From assembly GCA_963803155.1 (NCBI GenBank), contig CAWDMN010000059.1:99603-163602 (forward strand): DNA of 64,000 bases, given 5' to 3'. This document shows, piece after piece, positions 10,111-18,919 of this stretch. The notes under the pieces were generated by a model, which ran no database searches, had not been told where the DNA came from, and saw only the letters and a program-made list of their open reading frames with translations. A program made the position numbers and the translations under genes. Each line of letters begins with the position of its first letter. The first letter of the stretch is position 1. The stretch comes from an uncultured Acidobacteriota bacterium (GTDB lineage: Bacteria; Acidobacteriota; Terriglobia; Versatilivoradales; Versatilivoraceae).

Positions 10111-10570
10111 GCCAACCTGGAGCGCCACCGGGCGCGTCTCTAAGCTTATGGGTTTATGAATAATCATCTGCATCTGCTGGTGGAAACACCACAGGCCAAC
10201 TTCAGCCGTTTCATGTAGCCTTTCAACACCGCCTATACGGTTTACTATGAGCGGGGCCACTCGCGACATGGATCTTCATTGGCGGCAAGGTATAAATTCT
10301 GGCTAGTGGAGGGGAGCCGCTGCAGCTTGCCGCAATTGATACGATCCCTCAATTTAGATCCGGTCAAGATTAAGCGCCAGGGGGAGGGCCAATTGAACAA
10401 AAGGTCCGGTTGCCGCTGCAATATTCCAAGAGCAGTTTCGGCGGCTATGCAGGATTGAAGGCAAAGGAAGATTTTAAGGACTATGGGCCGCTCGTAGCCT
10501 AGTTGGGAGAAAGGGAAAAGGACCCTGTCCTGGGCCGGTTTTTCGAAAAAGCCCGCAAGGTAATCAGAAC
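9999..10570 (+). pseudogene. Degraded IS200-like / REP-associated tyrosine transposase (RAYT) gene with multiple frameshifts and stops
   Basis: MARPILVLYPGLIYHVTAQGHERKAFFHDDVDRE is the RAYT N-terminal motif (compare the intact copy's IHYPGALYHCINRGNRRKVIF). Pieces follow in three frames: LSANLERHRARL*, AYGFMNNHLHLLVETPQANFSRFM* (the HuH motif) and LNTAYTVYYERGHSRHG (GHLFQGRY region damaged). Confidence 0.6.
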
Positions 10571-10872
10571 ACGGCAGCTCTAATGAAATTCTATAGCGAC
10601 AATTAAGCTCTGACGCAAAATTCCTGCATTAATACACTTCGGATCTAGAACAAATTTACCGTGGCCGCGCAATTTGAATGCGCGGCTTGGTGCAGAATTG
10701 TGCGATTATACCTGGCAGAAGAAAAAGAGTGGAGGGCTTGAGGCTTCTCCGATTCCCCAGAAACGGTTTCCGTTCGCCTTAACGTACATAAATTTCCTTT
10801 TCTTGAGGTGTCCCCAACAAAATTCTAAGTCGGCGGCGCCCGTATAATTTCAGCGGCCAAAGGGAGGAAACG

Positions 10873-12348
10873 ATGGAAGGCAAGAGGGTTCTTATTGTAG
10901 GAGGCGGGATCGCGGGACTATGCACCGGAGTCTACCTGCAGCGTCTCGGATTCGACACCGAGATTTTGGAGATGCACACAATCTCCGGCGGTTTGGCCAC
11001 AGCCTGGAAAAAGGGCGGCTACACTTTCGAGAACTGCATTCACTGGCTGGTGGGATCGAAGGAGGGCGGTCTGATGAATGCCTCCTGGAAAGAAGTTTTC
11101 GACATCAGCCAGCTCGCATTCTTCGAGGATACGGTGTTCCAGGTGCTCGAACGTGGGGAGGAACGGATCACCATCTACCGAGATCCCGGCCCTCTGGAGA
11201 CCGAACTCCTGGCCAAGGCACCCCACGACGCCGCAGCCATCAGGGAGTTCATCGGACTCATCCGAAGGGTCGCTCGGCTTCGCATGCCCGAGGGGGATAG
11301 CTTCTTCCAAAACCTTCACCCCTATTTGAGCATGTTCTTCTGTTTCCCGCTGCTTGCCAAGTACGGGAAATTTAGCATGGGAGACTATTCGAAGAGATTC
11401 ACTCACCCCCTCTTGAGGGAATTCTTCTCCGCCGGAATCAGCGAGCTTTCACTGCTAGCCATTGTCTTCTCCCTGGCTTGGATGGCCGAGAAGAACGCCG
11501 GCTACCCGATCGGCGGGTCGCTACGGATGATTAACCTCATTGAAGACAATTATAAGAAGCTGGGCGGCCGCATCCGGTTCCGGGCCCGGGTTGATCGCAT
11601 CCTGGTTGAGCAGGGACGGGCGTTAGGCGTCGTTCTTCAGGGTGGAGAAGTATTGCGAGCAGACATCATCGTCTCGGCGGCTGACGGTCATGCAACGATT
11701 TTCGACATGCTCGAAGGCAAGTTCGTGGACGACAGAATTCTGAAAATCTATGAAACCTATAAACCATTCCCGTCTTATCTCCAAGTCTCACTCGGCATCG
11801 ATGCCGACCTTCGTGGTGTACCGGGATTTTTAGCGCTTCTCCTCGAGAGAGATGTTCAGATCGATCCCGGAACAACGGAGCATACAATTACATTCCGCGT
11901 CTTCAACTTCGATCCAACCTTTGCCCCAGCGGGAAAGACTGCGGTGGTATGCTTCCTTCCAACGTATAACCACGAGTATTGGTGCGGACTGCGTGAGAAG
12001 GACCCGGTTCAATACGAAGTCGAGAAGAAACGCGTGGCGGACGCGGTCATTGCCGTGTTTGAGAGCCGTTTTCCTCAGGCGCGGGGCAAGATTGAGGTCG
12101 TGGATGTGGCAACCCCGGCCTCAGTTATCCGCTACACGGGTAACTGGAGAGGCAGTATGGAAGGATGGCTCTACACCCCATCCACTGGCGTCCGGCAGCT
12201 CCCGTGTGTGCTGCCGGGGCTCGGCAATTTCTATATGGTGGGCCAATGGATCGCACCTGGCGGAGGATTGCCTTCGGGATTGATCACCGGCAGGCAAATT
12301 TCAAAGCGGATCGCTAAAGATGCAGGGATTCGATGGAAACTGAACTGA
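10873..12348 (+). CDS. FAD/NAD(P)-binding oxidoreductase, phytoene desaturase (CrtI)-like family
   Basis: N-terminal Rossmann motif VLIVGGGIAGLCTGVYL..LE; 491 aa. SD gggagga 5 nt upstream of the ATG. Confidence 0.65.
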   Translation: MEGKRVLIVGGGIAGLCTGVYLQRLGFDTEILEMHTISGGLATAWKKGGYTFENCIHWLVGSKEGGLMNASWKEVFDISQLAFFEDTVFQVLERGEERITIYRDPGPLETELLAKAPHDAAAIREFIGLIRRVARLRMPEGDSFFQNLHPYLSMFFCFPLLAKYGKFSMGDYSKRFTHPLLREFFSAGISELSLLAIVFSLAWMAEKNAGYPIGGSLRMINLIEDNYKKLGGRIRFRARVDRILVEQGRALGVVLQGGEVLRADIIVSAADGHATIFDMLEGKFVDDRILKIYETYKPFPSYLQVSLGIDADLRGVPGFLALLLERDVQIDPGTTEHTITFRVFNFDPTFAPAGKTAVVCFLPTYNHEYWCGLREKDPVQYEVEKKRVADAVIAVFESRFPQARGKIEVVDVATPASVIRYTGNWRGSMEGWLYTPSTGVRQLPCVLPGLGNFYMVGQWIAPGGGLPSGLITGRQISKRIAKDAGIRWKLN

Positions 12349-12700
12349 GGAGCAGAGGTGAAAACCAGCTGTCTACCTTGCTGATATCGGCACCATGGCC
12401 TTGTAATAGCATATGGACAATAAACAGCGCTAAGGGACTTTCCCCCGCGCCATATCGCGAACCAGGCGCGCTTTGCGCTCGCGCTGAATTTCGCGGGCGC
12501 GATTGGTGTGTTTAGTGCGCATTGGGTTTGGGTGGGTAAGGGAGGATCTGTTGTATTTAAAAGGGAAGGGAAGAGGCGGTAAAACAAGTGCCGCGCCTTG
12601 ACGTGAAAAAGGGCGAGCAAAGCACTCTTCCGCGCATAACCATTCCAAAGGGAGCTTTTCGCATTAGAAGAAATTCTTTCGGAGATAATACCTAACGAGT

Positions 12701-12892
12701 TTATTGAGGGGGCAGCGGTTGGGGACCGGCGGTAATGCCGGCGATATCGGGATCTTCGCCTTCGGACCGTGGGGAAGCGTTGGCCTTACGCTCTTTAGTC
12801 TCAAGCCGGTGAGCCTCCTTTTGCTTCTGCCTCTCCTGTCGCGCCTTTTCCTTCTCGCGTTTCTTCATGGTCTGTCCTGAAGCTTTCGCCAT
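12701..12892 (-). CDS. Small highly charged (K/R/E-rich) protein of unknown function
   Basis: MAKASGQTMKKREKEKARQERQKQKEAHRLETKERK...; strong SD aaggag 7 nt upstream of the ATG. The longer ORF to 13024 reads through a poly-C tract and is unlikely. Confidence 0.4.
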   Translation of the reverse strand: MAKASGQTMKKREKEKARQERQKQKEAHRLETKERKANASPRSEGEDPDIAGITAGPQPLPPQ

Positions 12893-12957
12893 TGCTTTAC
12901 TCCTTGTTAACTCCAAAGGGATTGTGTCGCCTACCCCTGGCGGTATTCGGCCCTTCT

Positions 12958-12970
12958 GGGGGGGGGGGGG
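12958..12970. repeat. Homopolymeric G13 tract between the csp gene and the small charged-protein gene
   Basis: ccttctg(g)13atcgatcgat, read directly. Confidence 0.9.
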
Positions 12971-13078
12971 ATCGATCGATTCTCGGGCGAACTTACCGGC
13001 GAGGCAGAAAAAGCGGGGCCGCACTCCTTGTATGAATGGCGGCCACGCGATTCCAATGGGCCGATCTGGATTCCTGGC

Positions 13079-13291
13079 TCAACCAGCTATCTTCTTTACG
13101 TTCTCTGCCGCCGGGCCTTTTGGCCCTTGAACGATGTCGAACTCCACGCGGTCCCCCTCAGCCAGAGACTTGAAACCTTCTGCCTGAATTGCCGAGTGAT
13201 GGACAAAACAGTCCTTCTGGCTTCCGTCTGGAGTAATGAAACCAAATCCCTTGCTGTTGTTAAAAAACTTCACTGTTCCGACGCTGCTCAT
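13079..13291 (-). CDS. cspA: Cold-shock protein (CspA family)
   Basis: [56 protein letters not shown] carries RNP1/RNP2 (KGFGFI, VFVHF-like). SD aaggaag. Confidence 0.8.
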   Translation of the reverse strand: MSSVGTVKFFNNSKGFGFITPDGSQKDCFVHHSAIQAEGFKSLAEGDRVEFDIVQGPKGPAAENVKKIAG

Positions 13292-13544
13292 TTCTTCACT
13301 TCCTTTGTACTGGGGTGTCTCAGGAAACAGAAAGCGGATCCAGCCCACAGCTGGATTCCTCTCTTGCCTTGCCTCCTGTGAGGGCACATCACCATGCGTG
13401 CCGATCAAGGTACAGAGTACTCGTTAACGCTATTCCTGTCTATAGTTCGCTTCCAACCTTTTGTTCAGCCGGACGACCACTTTGTTTGATCAAACGACCG
13501 GATTTCTTAATTGCTGCTTAGCCTCGTAATAGAAGCCTAATCCT

Positions 13545-14630
13545 TAACCGAGTGTGGGGAAGGCCGCTCTTAATTAATTAAGTATATTTGCTTAAGGCCT
13601 TTCAGGATATGGCTTCCCCTGGAATCAGAGAGTGATTGGTTGGCACGCAATTTGTTCGTTAATAATGTGACGGCAGAGGAGGAGATGTTTAAGAAATCGG
13701 CCAGCTCGCATGTTTTGTAATGGAAGAACTGAGATCCTGCCAGAATGATATCTTGTCTGATACGCGAGAGCTGGTGGGTTCCCTTGTGAGAATGGTTCAG
13801 TTGTTGGAGGGGAAACTGTTCAGATTCACAAATTGACAATGCGATTTGCCGGAGCGAGAGACGCCTTCCGGGCCAGTTGCGAGGAGAATGGCGTCGCAAC
13901 GCAACCGGTTCAGTGACCCGTTGGATAAATGCTTCATTTCCCAAAAGGGGGAATGATTCCGGTGGGTATATTTTGGCGGGGTTAAGATCGGGAGACTGGG
14001 AGAGGAATTCCAGAAGATTGAGGCGGGGATTTCGTCCGAATTCATCCAAGACATTCTTGGTATACAGCCAGGAATGCTGGCTGGGATGCAGGTAATCGTT
14101 TAAGCTGCTCCAGCGCCACTGCTGGGGAACCTGGACCAGGCGCGCACGCACGGGATTCAGGTGCACATAGCGCACCAACTCGAGCAGATAGGAGCGTTTC
14201 TGACAAAGGATGGCGCGATAGCGCCCTTGAAACACATGTCCTTCCTTATGGTGGACCTTGTTGAATTGCTGGGCAAACCGCGTCAGACAGGAGCGCATGA
14301 GGGTGGAAAGCGGAACCTCTTGCACTTGGATGATGAGGTGGAAGTGGTTGGGCATCAGGCAAAAGCCGTGAATCAGCGCTCCATATTGATCGACCACGCT
14401 GGCCAGGCAGTCCTGCATAAAAAGGAAATCGTCTTCACACGCGAATATCACTTTGCGGCGATTGCCGCGGTTGATGCAGTGATATAATGCTCCCGGATAA
14501 TGGATGCGCGGTTTGTGTGACAGAGAGCCTCCTTGGCGCCTCAGGTATGTTGATGTGGTGTGATTAGTAATAATCCTATTATATCCGGGTTTCGCAAAAT
14601 ACTTAATTTCTTAAGAGCGGCCAATTTTCC
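13545..14630. mobile_element. REPtron-like unit: a RAYT gene flanked by ~28-bp inverted REP-like repeats
   Basis: Left ggaaggccgctcttaattaattaagt (13547-13575) is the reverse complement of right acttaatttcttaagagcggccaattttcc (14601-14630). The 12-bp core ggccgctcttaa/ttaagagcggcc is perfect. The RAYT ORF lies between. Confidence 0.5.
13570..14523 (-). CDS. REP-associated tyrosine transposase (RAYT / IS200-like Y1 transposase) with a C-terminal HTH-like extension
   Basis: HuH motif NHFHLIIQ and catalytic-Tyr region GHVFQGRYRA. The N-terminal motif HKPRIHYPGALYHCINRGNRRK lies upstream of the first ATG/GTG (GTG at 14451), so the real start is probably a CTG near 14523, 4 nt after the SD aaggagg. 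Confidence 0.7.
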   Translation of the reverse strand: MSHKPRIHYPGALYHCINRGNRRKVIFACEDDFLFMQDCLASVVDQYGALIHGFCLMPNHFHLIIQVQEVPLSTLMRSCLTRFAQQFNKVHHKEGHVFQGRYRAILCQKRSYLLELVRYVHLNPVRARLVQVPQQWRWSSLNDYLHPSQHSWLYTKNVLDEFGRNPRLNLLEFLSQSPDLNPAKIYPPESFPLLGNEAFIQRVTEPVALRRHSPRNWPGRRLSLRQIALSICESEQFPLQQLNHSHKGTHQLSRIRQDIILAGSQFFHYKTCELADFLNISSSAVTLLTNKLRANQSLSDSRGSHILKGLKQIYLIN

Positions 14631-14762
14631 CCGATTTACCGGCATGTTGCAGGATTTCGTTTCCCCGATTTACCGGCATGTTGCAGGATTTCGTTTCCCC
14701 GATTTACCGGCATGTTGCAGGATTTCGTTTCCCCGATTTACCGGCATGTTGCAGGATTTCGT
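14625..14762. repeat. Tandem repeat, 4 x 34 bp, at the 5' junction of the truncated peptidase paralog
   Basis: ggcatgttgcaggatttcg recurs at 14641, 14675, 14709 and 14743 (period 34). The unit corresponds to peptidase coding sequence (..SRFNGMLQDFV) and is not a multiple of 3. Confidence 0.9.
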
Positions 14763-15165
14763 GAAGAGCTATTACAATCGTGAGGCCTCCACGGAAGACT
14801 TCAAGCAAGTAGTGGAAAGACATATAATTCCAGCCATTGATCTGGACGGCAATGGCTGGCTGGACTGGTTCTTCAACCAATGGGTCTTTGGGACGAGTCT
14901 GCCGGAATATCATCTGGACTCGCGGGTGGAAAGCGCGGAGAAAGGTCAGTTCAATCTTCTCTTCAAAATCAGTCAGAATAATGTGGACGATTCCTTCAAG
15001 ATGCGAGTCCCGATTTATGCCGATCTCGGTGGCAAGACTGTTCGGTTAGCTTCAATCGCTGTGCGCGGAAACGGCGTGACGAAAGAATTTTCGCTCCTCC
15101 TGCCGAAGAAGCCGGAACAAATTCACCTCTGTGCCATGAAGGATGTCCTGTGCACTATTAAATGA
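14626..15165 (+). pseudogene. Truncated paralog of the M1 metallopeptidase (last ~140 codons only)
   Basis: 14743-15165 aligns to 5042-5466 at ~90% nt identity, including the stop. Protein GMLQDFVKSYYNREASTEDFKQVVERH..KDVLCTIK; substitutions are mixed transitions and transversions. Confidence 0.7.
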
Positions 15166-15331
15166 TGATACCCGCGACGACGTCTTTTTTGTTTACCTGG
15201 CATAACCGGGGGGTTACCCAACTCAATTAGAGAGCTTGCCCCTGCTTCTTCAGCTGTCTCAATAGATATAATGAGAGCAACGAGGTTTGTCTGGATTGGT
15301 TCTGATTACTTTTCAAGAAAGAGGTCAACCT

Positions 15332-16492
15332 ATGATCAAGCCCCAAAAGAAAAACTATTTCGTCATCGGCCCGCTCATCGGCTGGTTGCTGATAGGGTCG
15401 ACCCTCATTTATGGCCAAAGAAACGCGCGGACAGAGATCCACATTCCTGACATCCCGGGATATCTCACCTTGAAATGCGATTTTCACATGCATACTGTAT
15501 TTTCCGATGGAAATGTTTGGCCGGATTTTCGACCCCAAGAAGCATGGAGCGATGGTTTAGATGCTCTGGCGATCACTGACCACATCGAAGTCCAGCCACA
15601 CAAGGACGATCTGATTCAAAATTTCAATCGCTCTTATGAAATTGCGTTGCCGGTTGCTAATCTGTTGAATATGCTCTTGGTGCACGCGGCTGAAATTACC
15701 AAAGACATGCCCCCCGGCCATTTCAATGCCCTCTTCCTCCAGGATGCCACCCCGCTGAACATGAAAGATTGGCGGGAAGTTTTGAAAAATGCAATGGATC
15801 AGAAAGCCTTCATTTTCTGGAACCATCCCGGCTGGAAGCAGCCGGAGGAACACCCGGTCTGGTATCCGGAACATGACGAGATCCTGCAAAAAGGCTGGAT
15901 GCAAGGGATTGAAATTGTCAATGAGCGGTCTTATTATCCCGAGGCTTTCAAGTGGGCACTGGAGAAAAAGCTGACCATTTTAGGGAATTCTGACACTCAT
16001 GAACCTATGGCTGTTGCCTTCGACAAGACGGCAGGAGATCCCCGTCCTTTGACTTTGGTGTTTGCCCGGGAACGAACCATGGAATCATTGAGAGAAGCTC
16101 TCTTTGCGCGGCGCACGGCCGTATACTGGCGGGATTCCCTGATCGGCGAAGAACAATATTTAAAGCCCATTTTCCAGTCTTCCGTGGACCTGCTAAACAC
16201 ACAAGTACAGATCAAAGGGAACGGATACGCTTATCTTCAGATTCGAAATAAATCTGACATTTCTTTGCATTTGGAACTGCAGAACCAGTTGGAAGAGGTG
16301 GGAATTCTGGGTGAGATGGTTTTACCTGCCCAAAGGGTCTCCCTCTTTCCCATCACCGGAATGAAAAAAGGAGCCACAGGTTCCCGCGAATTCATCGCCC
16401 ATTACGTGGTCACAAATTTTCGCACGAGACCTGATAAGGGGCTTCCTTTTGATGTAGCCTTCCGGGTTAATTTTATCTCCTCCTCTCAATAA
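15332..16492 (+). CDS. PHP-domain metal-dependent phosphoesterase-like protein with N-terminal TM/signal
   Basis: CDFHMHTVFSDG and ITDHIE are PHP-type His/Asp metal ligands. Hydrophobic N-terminus VIGPLIGWLLIGSTLIYG; the longer ORF begins at 15287. Confidence 0.5.
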   Translation: MIKPQKKNYFVIGPLIGWLLIGSTLIYGQRNARTEIHIPDIPGYLTLKCDFHMHTVFSDGNVWPDFRPQEAWSDGLDALAITDHIEVQPHKDDLIQNFNRSYEIALPVANLLNMLLVHAAEITKDMPPGHFNALFLQDATPLNMKDWREVLKNAMDQKAFIFWNHPGWKQPEEHPVWYPEHDEILQKGWMQGIEIVNERSYYPEAFKWALEKKLTILGNSDTHEPMAVAFDKTAGDPRPLTLVFARERTMESLREALFARRTAVYWRDSLIGEEQYLKPIFQSSVDLLNTQVQIKGNGYAYLQIRNKSDISLHLELQNQLEEVGILGEMVLPAQRVSLFPITGMKKGATGSREFIAHYVVTNFRTRPDKGLPFDVAFRVNFISSSQ

Positions 16493-16553
16493 GGAAGATT
16501 TCGGAAATTCAAAAATATCAATTCAGCCCATTTATCAGGATGCGGCCGGCATA

Positions 16554-18836
16554 TCATCCCCGCCGGAAGGACTGTCCCTCTCGGACTGGAGCCGAGGAAA
16601 ACAGAATTAATTCCGTGCTGTTTTCTTCAGGCAGGACAACCGGAATCCCTGAAGTCATCATCTGTTTCCCCGCAAAATTCTTTTCTTCTCGCCGATCATG
16701 GTAAGTCACGCGGTAATTCCGGTTCGGGTCAATTCCCTTCAGGATGACTTCCTGCCTAGTCGCAGGGTGATGATTCCGAAAAACATAAAGCATTCCGTCG
16801 CCTCGACGCTCGTCAACCAATTCAAAGGCATCCCAACCTCTCGGATGAGGCCGTCCAATCAAGCGGTAGGCCTTCCCTTTAAAGAATCGCCGAATTTTCT
16901 TATAGAGAAGAATCTCCTCTTTTAACAGAGCCTTCTTGTCTTCTGGCAATCTCCGCGGATCACTCAGCAGGGTGAGTGGACCTCCAATGGCTCCGCTACG
17001 GAACATCGTCTTCAAGTCGCCATCGGAATGCTCAAAACGAATATAGCGTTGCTGTCGGTCCAACGGGAAAACCTGGGTGTGCCCATAAACCATCTGGCGC
17101 AAGGCGAAAGCCTTATATGCATCTCCGATCAACTGCATATGGTGACGCCGGACCACTCCATAATCGGGAACTGCGCTATTGTTCATCCAGTTTTCGCAGA
17201 TGAGACGGGGATATCTTTGGCGAACAAAATCCATGATTTCATAGAAACCCTCGCAAGCCGCCAGGCGCCCGTCTCCCGGAGTGTGGGTGTGGTGCCGGTC
17301 CTGGCAAATTGTGATCAAATCAAAATCGTGTTTGAGCCAATCCAGCTCAAATTCTTCAATGACCCGGACCAGTTGTTGTTTGACCCACTCGCGGACCGGT
17401 CGGTGCGCCAGGCACAAGGTTCGAGTGTTCCAAACCGATGCGGCGCATCGGGTAAAAAAAACATCAGGAATGGGTTTGCCACCATAGGTGGCCAGCCAAT
17501 CCCAGTGAGCGCGCACAACTTCGGAAGTCTCGTCGGCATTGCCAAATCCAAACCATAATCCCAGTTTCATCCCCTTCTTCTTCACGGCATCAACCAATGG
17601 CTTGGGACCTTGGGGAAACCGGCGCGGATCGCACCACCAGTCGCCTCTTTGAGCAAACCAGCCGTGATCCCATAGAAACAGCTCACAACCCAATTCCGCG
17701 GCGGCTTCCGCCTGGGACAGGAGATTTTTCTCGGTGGGATACCAGGGATGAGTTCCTTTCTCATTGTATGGGCTATTCTCATCCAGGGAAGCAGACCAGG
17801 AACAGTAAACAACCCATGGATAATCGGATTCCGGGAGGGAAGGCGTGAAGTCAGTTCTGATCAAGTGATGGCTCAGAGCGGCCGCCTCATCAAGATCCCC
17901 TGCATAAAAGCCATACCATCCAACTGGAGAATCCAGAGAACCACCAGGCTCCAGCGGTTCCGCCATTCCTTCGGTATCCAAACCCCCGTGGATCAAGCAG
18001 GGATCTTTCATATCTCCAATCGCGACGGTCATGGGGCCAGACCATTCCCACCCCCCGATCAGACCTTCACTTTTGCCGGGCAAGCGTAGACAGAACCAGG
18101 CAAATTCCGGACTGTAAGGACCTGTCCGCAAATACATCTCGATGTTGTCATCGATGCTGCAGTAGTGGATGGGATTCCCCGGATCCGGCCTCATGGCCCG
18201 GCCAAAATTGTCGATCCAGCAGAGTTCCAGAGAATCCGACAAGGGACTGACACGGAGCCGGAAGCAATCCAGACGATGAACCACCATCGCTTCTGAACCT
18301 GAATTCTTAATCGTTGTGTATTGCCGAAGTAATGGCAACTCTGGTCGCCAGAGATAATGGCGCTGGATTTCAATCGGCAATGAGGCAGGTTTCATCTCAA
18401 TTGTTAAATGGTTCCAGCCTCTATCCCCATTCTTCATCGAATGGTGAAGATACGTCCAAGAATCTTGACCCAGCAAAGCTTGCGGAGTATCTCCAGATTT
18501 CGAAATCTCCACACAAAATTCGTCCGATGTTCCTGATGGGTGAATCCACTCTCTGTACTTGGGATTGAATCGCAGTGAAGTGCAAGTGAAATGCCCTTGT
18601 TTCAAAGACAACTGCTGATTGAAAAATTGGTTGCCCACATTCCAACGAAAGGATCCATCCTGGGCATGTTCAAAGAGTGACGAATCGTTGGATGTTTCCG
18701 ACGATTGGTGCACCTCTGTCTTTTCCTGCCCGGGATTTAAATTAGACAATTTTGCCTCGCCATTGGTTGAATAGGCGGGGAGAGCTGGAAGGAGGGTAAT
18801 CCCAGCCAATATTTGTCCGAAATCCCTGCGGCTCAT
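16554..18836 (-). CDS. Glycoside hydrolase family 36-like (alpha-galactosidase-like), Tat-exported
   Basis: CELFLWDHGWFAQRGDWWCDPRRFPQGPKPLVDAVKKKGMKLGLWF matches the GH36 DDGWF..R..GDW..kFP.G...GmkfGlW block. Twin-arginine MSRRDFGQILAGITLLPALPA. Confidence 0.55.
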   Translation of the reverse strand: MSRRDFGQILAGITLLPALPAYSTNGEAKLSNLNPGQEKTEVHQSSETSNDSSLFEHAQDGSFRWNVGNQFFNQQLSLKQGHFTCTSLRFNPKYREWIHPSGTSDEFCVEISKSGDTPQALLGQDSWTYLHHSMKNGDRGWNHLTIEMKPASLPIEIQRHYLWRPELPLLRQYTTIKNSGSEAMVVHRLDCFRLRVSPLSDSLELCWIDNFGRAMRPDPGNPIHYCSIDDNIEMYLRTGPYSPEFAWFCLRLPGKSEGLIGGWEWSGPMTVAIGDMKDPCLIHGGLDTEGMAEPLEPGGSLDSPVGWYGFYAGDLDEAAALSHHLIRTDFTPSLPESDYPWVVYCSWSASLDENSPYNEKGTHPWYPTEKNLLSQAEAAAELGCELFLWDHGWFAQRGDWWCDPRRFPQGPKPLVDAVKKKGMKLGLWFGFGNADETSEVVRAHWDWLATYGGKPIPDVFFTRCAASVWNTRTLCLAHRPVREWVKQQLVRVIEEFELDWLKHDFDLITICQDRHHTHTPGDGRLAACEGFYEIMDFVRQRYPRLICENWMNNSAVPDYGVVRRHHMQLIGDAYKAFALRQMVYGHTQVFPLDRQQRYIRFEHSDGDLKTMFRSGAIGGPLTLLSDPRRLPEDKKALLKEEILLYKKIRRFFKGKAYRLIGRPHPRGWDAFELVDERRGDGMLYVFRNHHPATRQEVILKGIDPNRNYRVTYHDRREEKNFAGKQMMTSGIPVVLPEENSTELILFSSAPVREGQSFRRG

Positions 18837-18919
18837 CTCCCGGCTGGTAAAGCCTGGCAGCGGCTCATTCGCGTAATGATCCTTTTGAGAAGGTGTTGAA
18901 TCTCTTTCTTCTCGATCCC

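Noticed and set aside
12430-12648. Minus-strand ORF ending ...MRTKHTNRAREIQRERKARLVRDMARGKVP, superficially like a small basic ribosomal-type protein
   Set aside because: No Shine-Dalgarno sequence before either Met (the upstream sequence is pyrimidine-rich, gatcctccc). The N-terminal two-thirds is low-complexity. Probably a chance ORF in GC-rich intergenic DNA; it needs ribosome-profiling evidence.
14743-15165. Diversity-generating retroelement template/variable-repeat relationship between the peptidase 3' end (5042-5466) and its partial copy
   Set aside because: Differences are spread over all four bases (many C/T and G/A transitions at non-adenine positions) rather than adenine-specific. 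No reverse transcriptase gene is nearby. The copy includes the stop codon and 3' flank, so it is an ordinary diverged paralog fragment.
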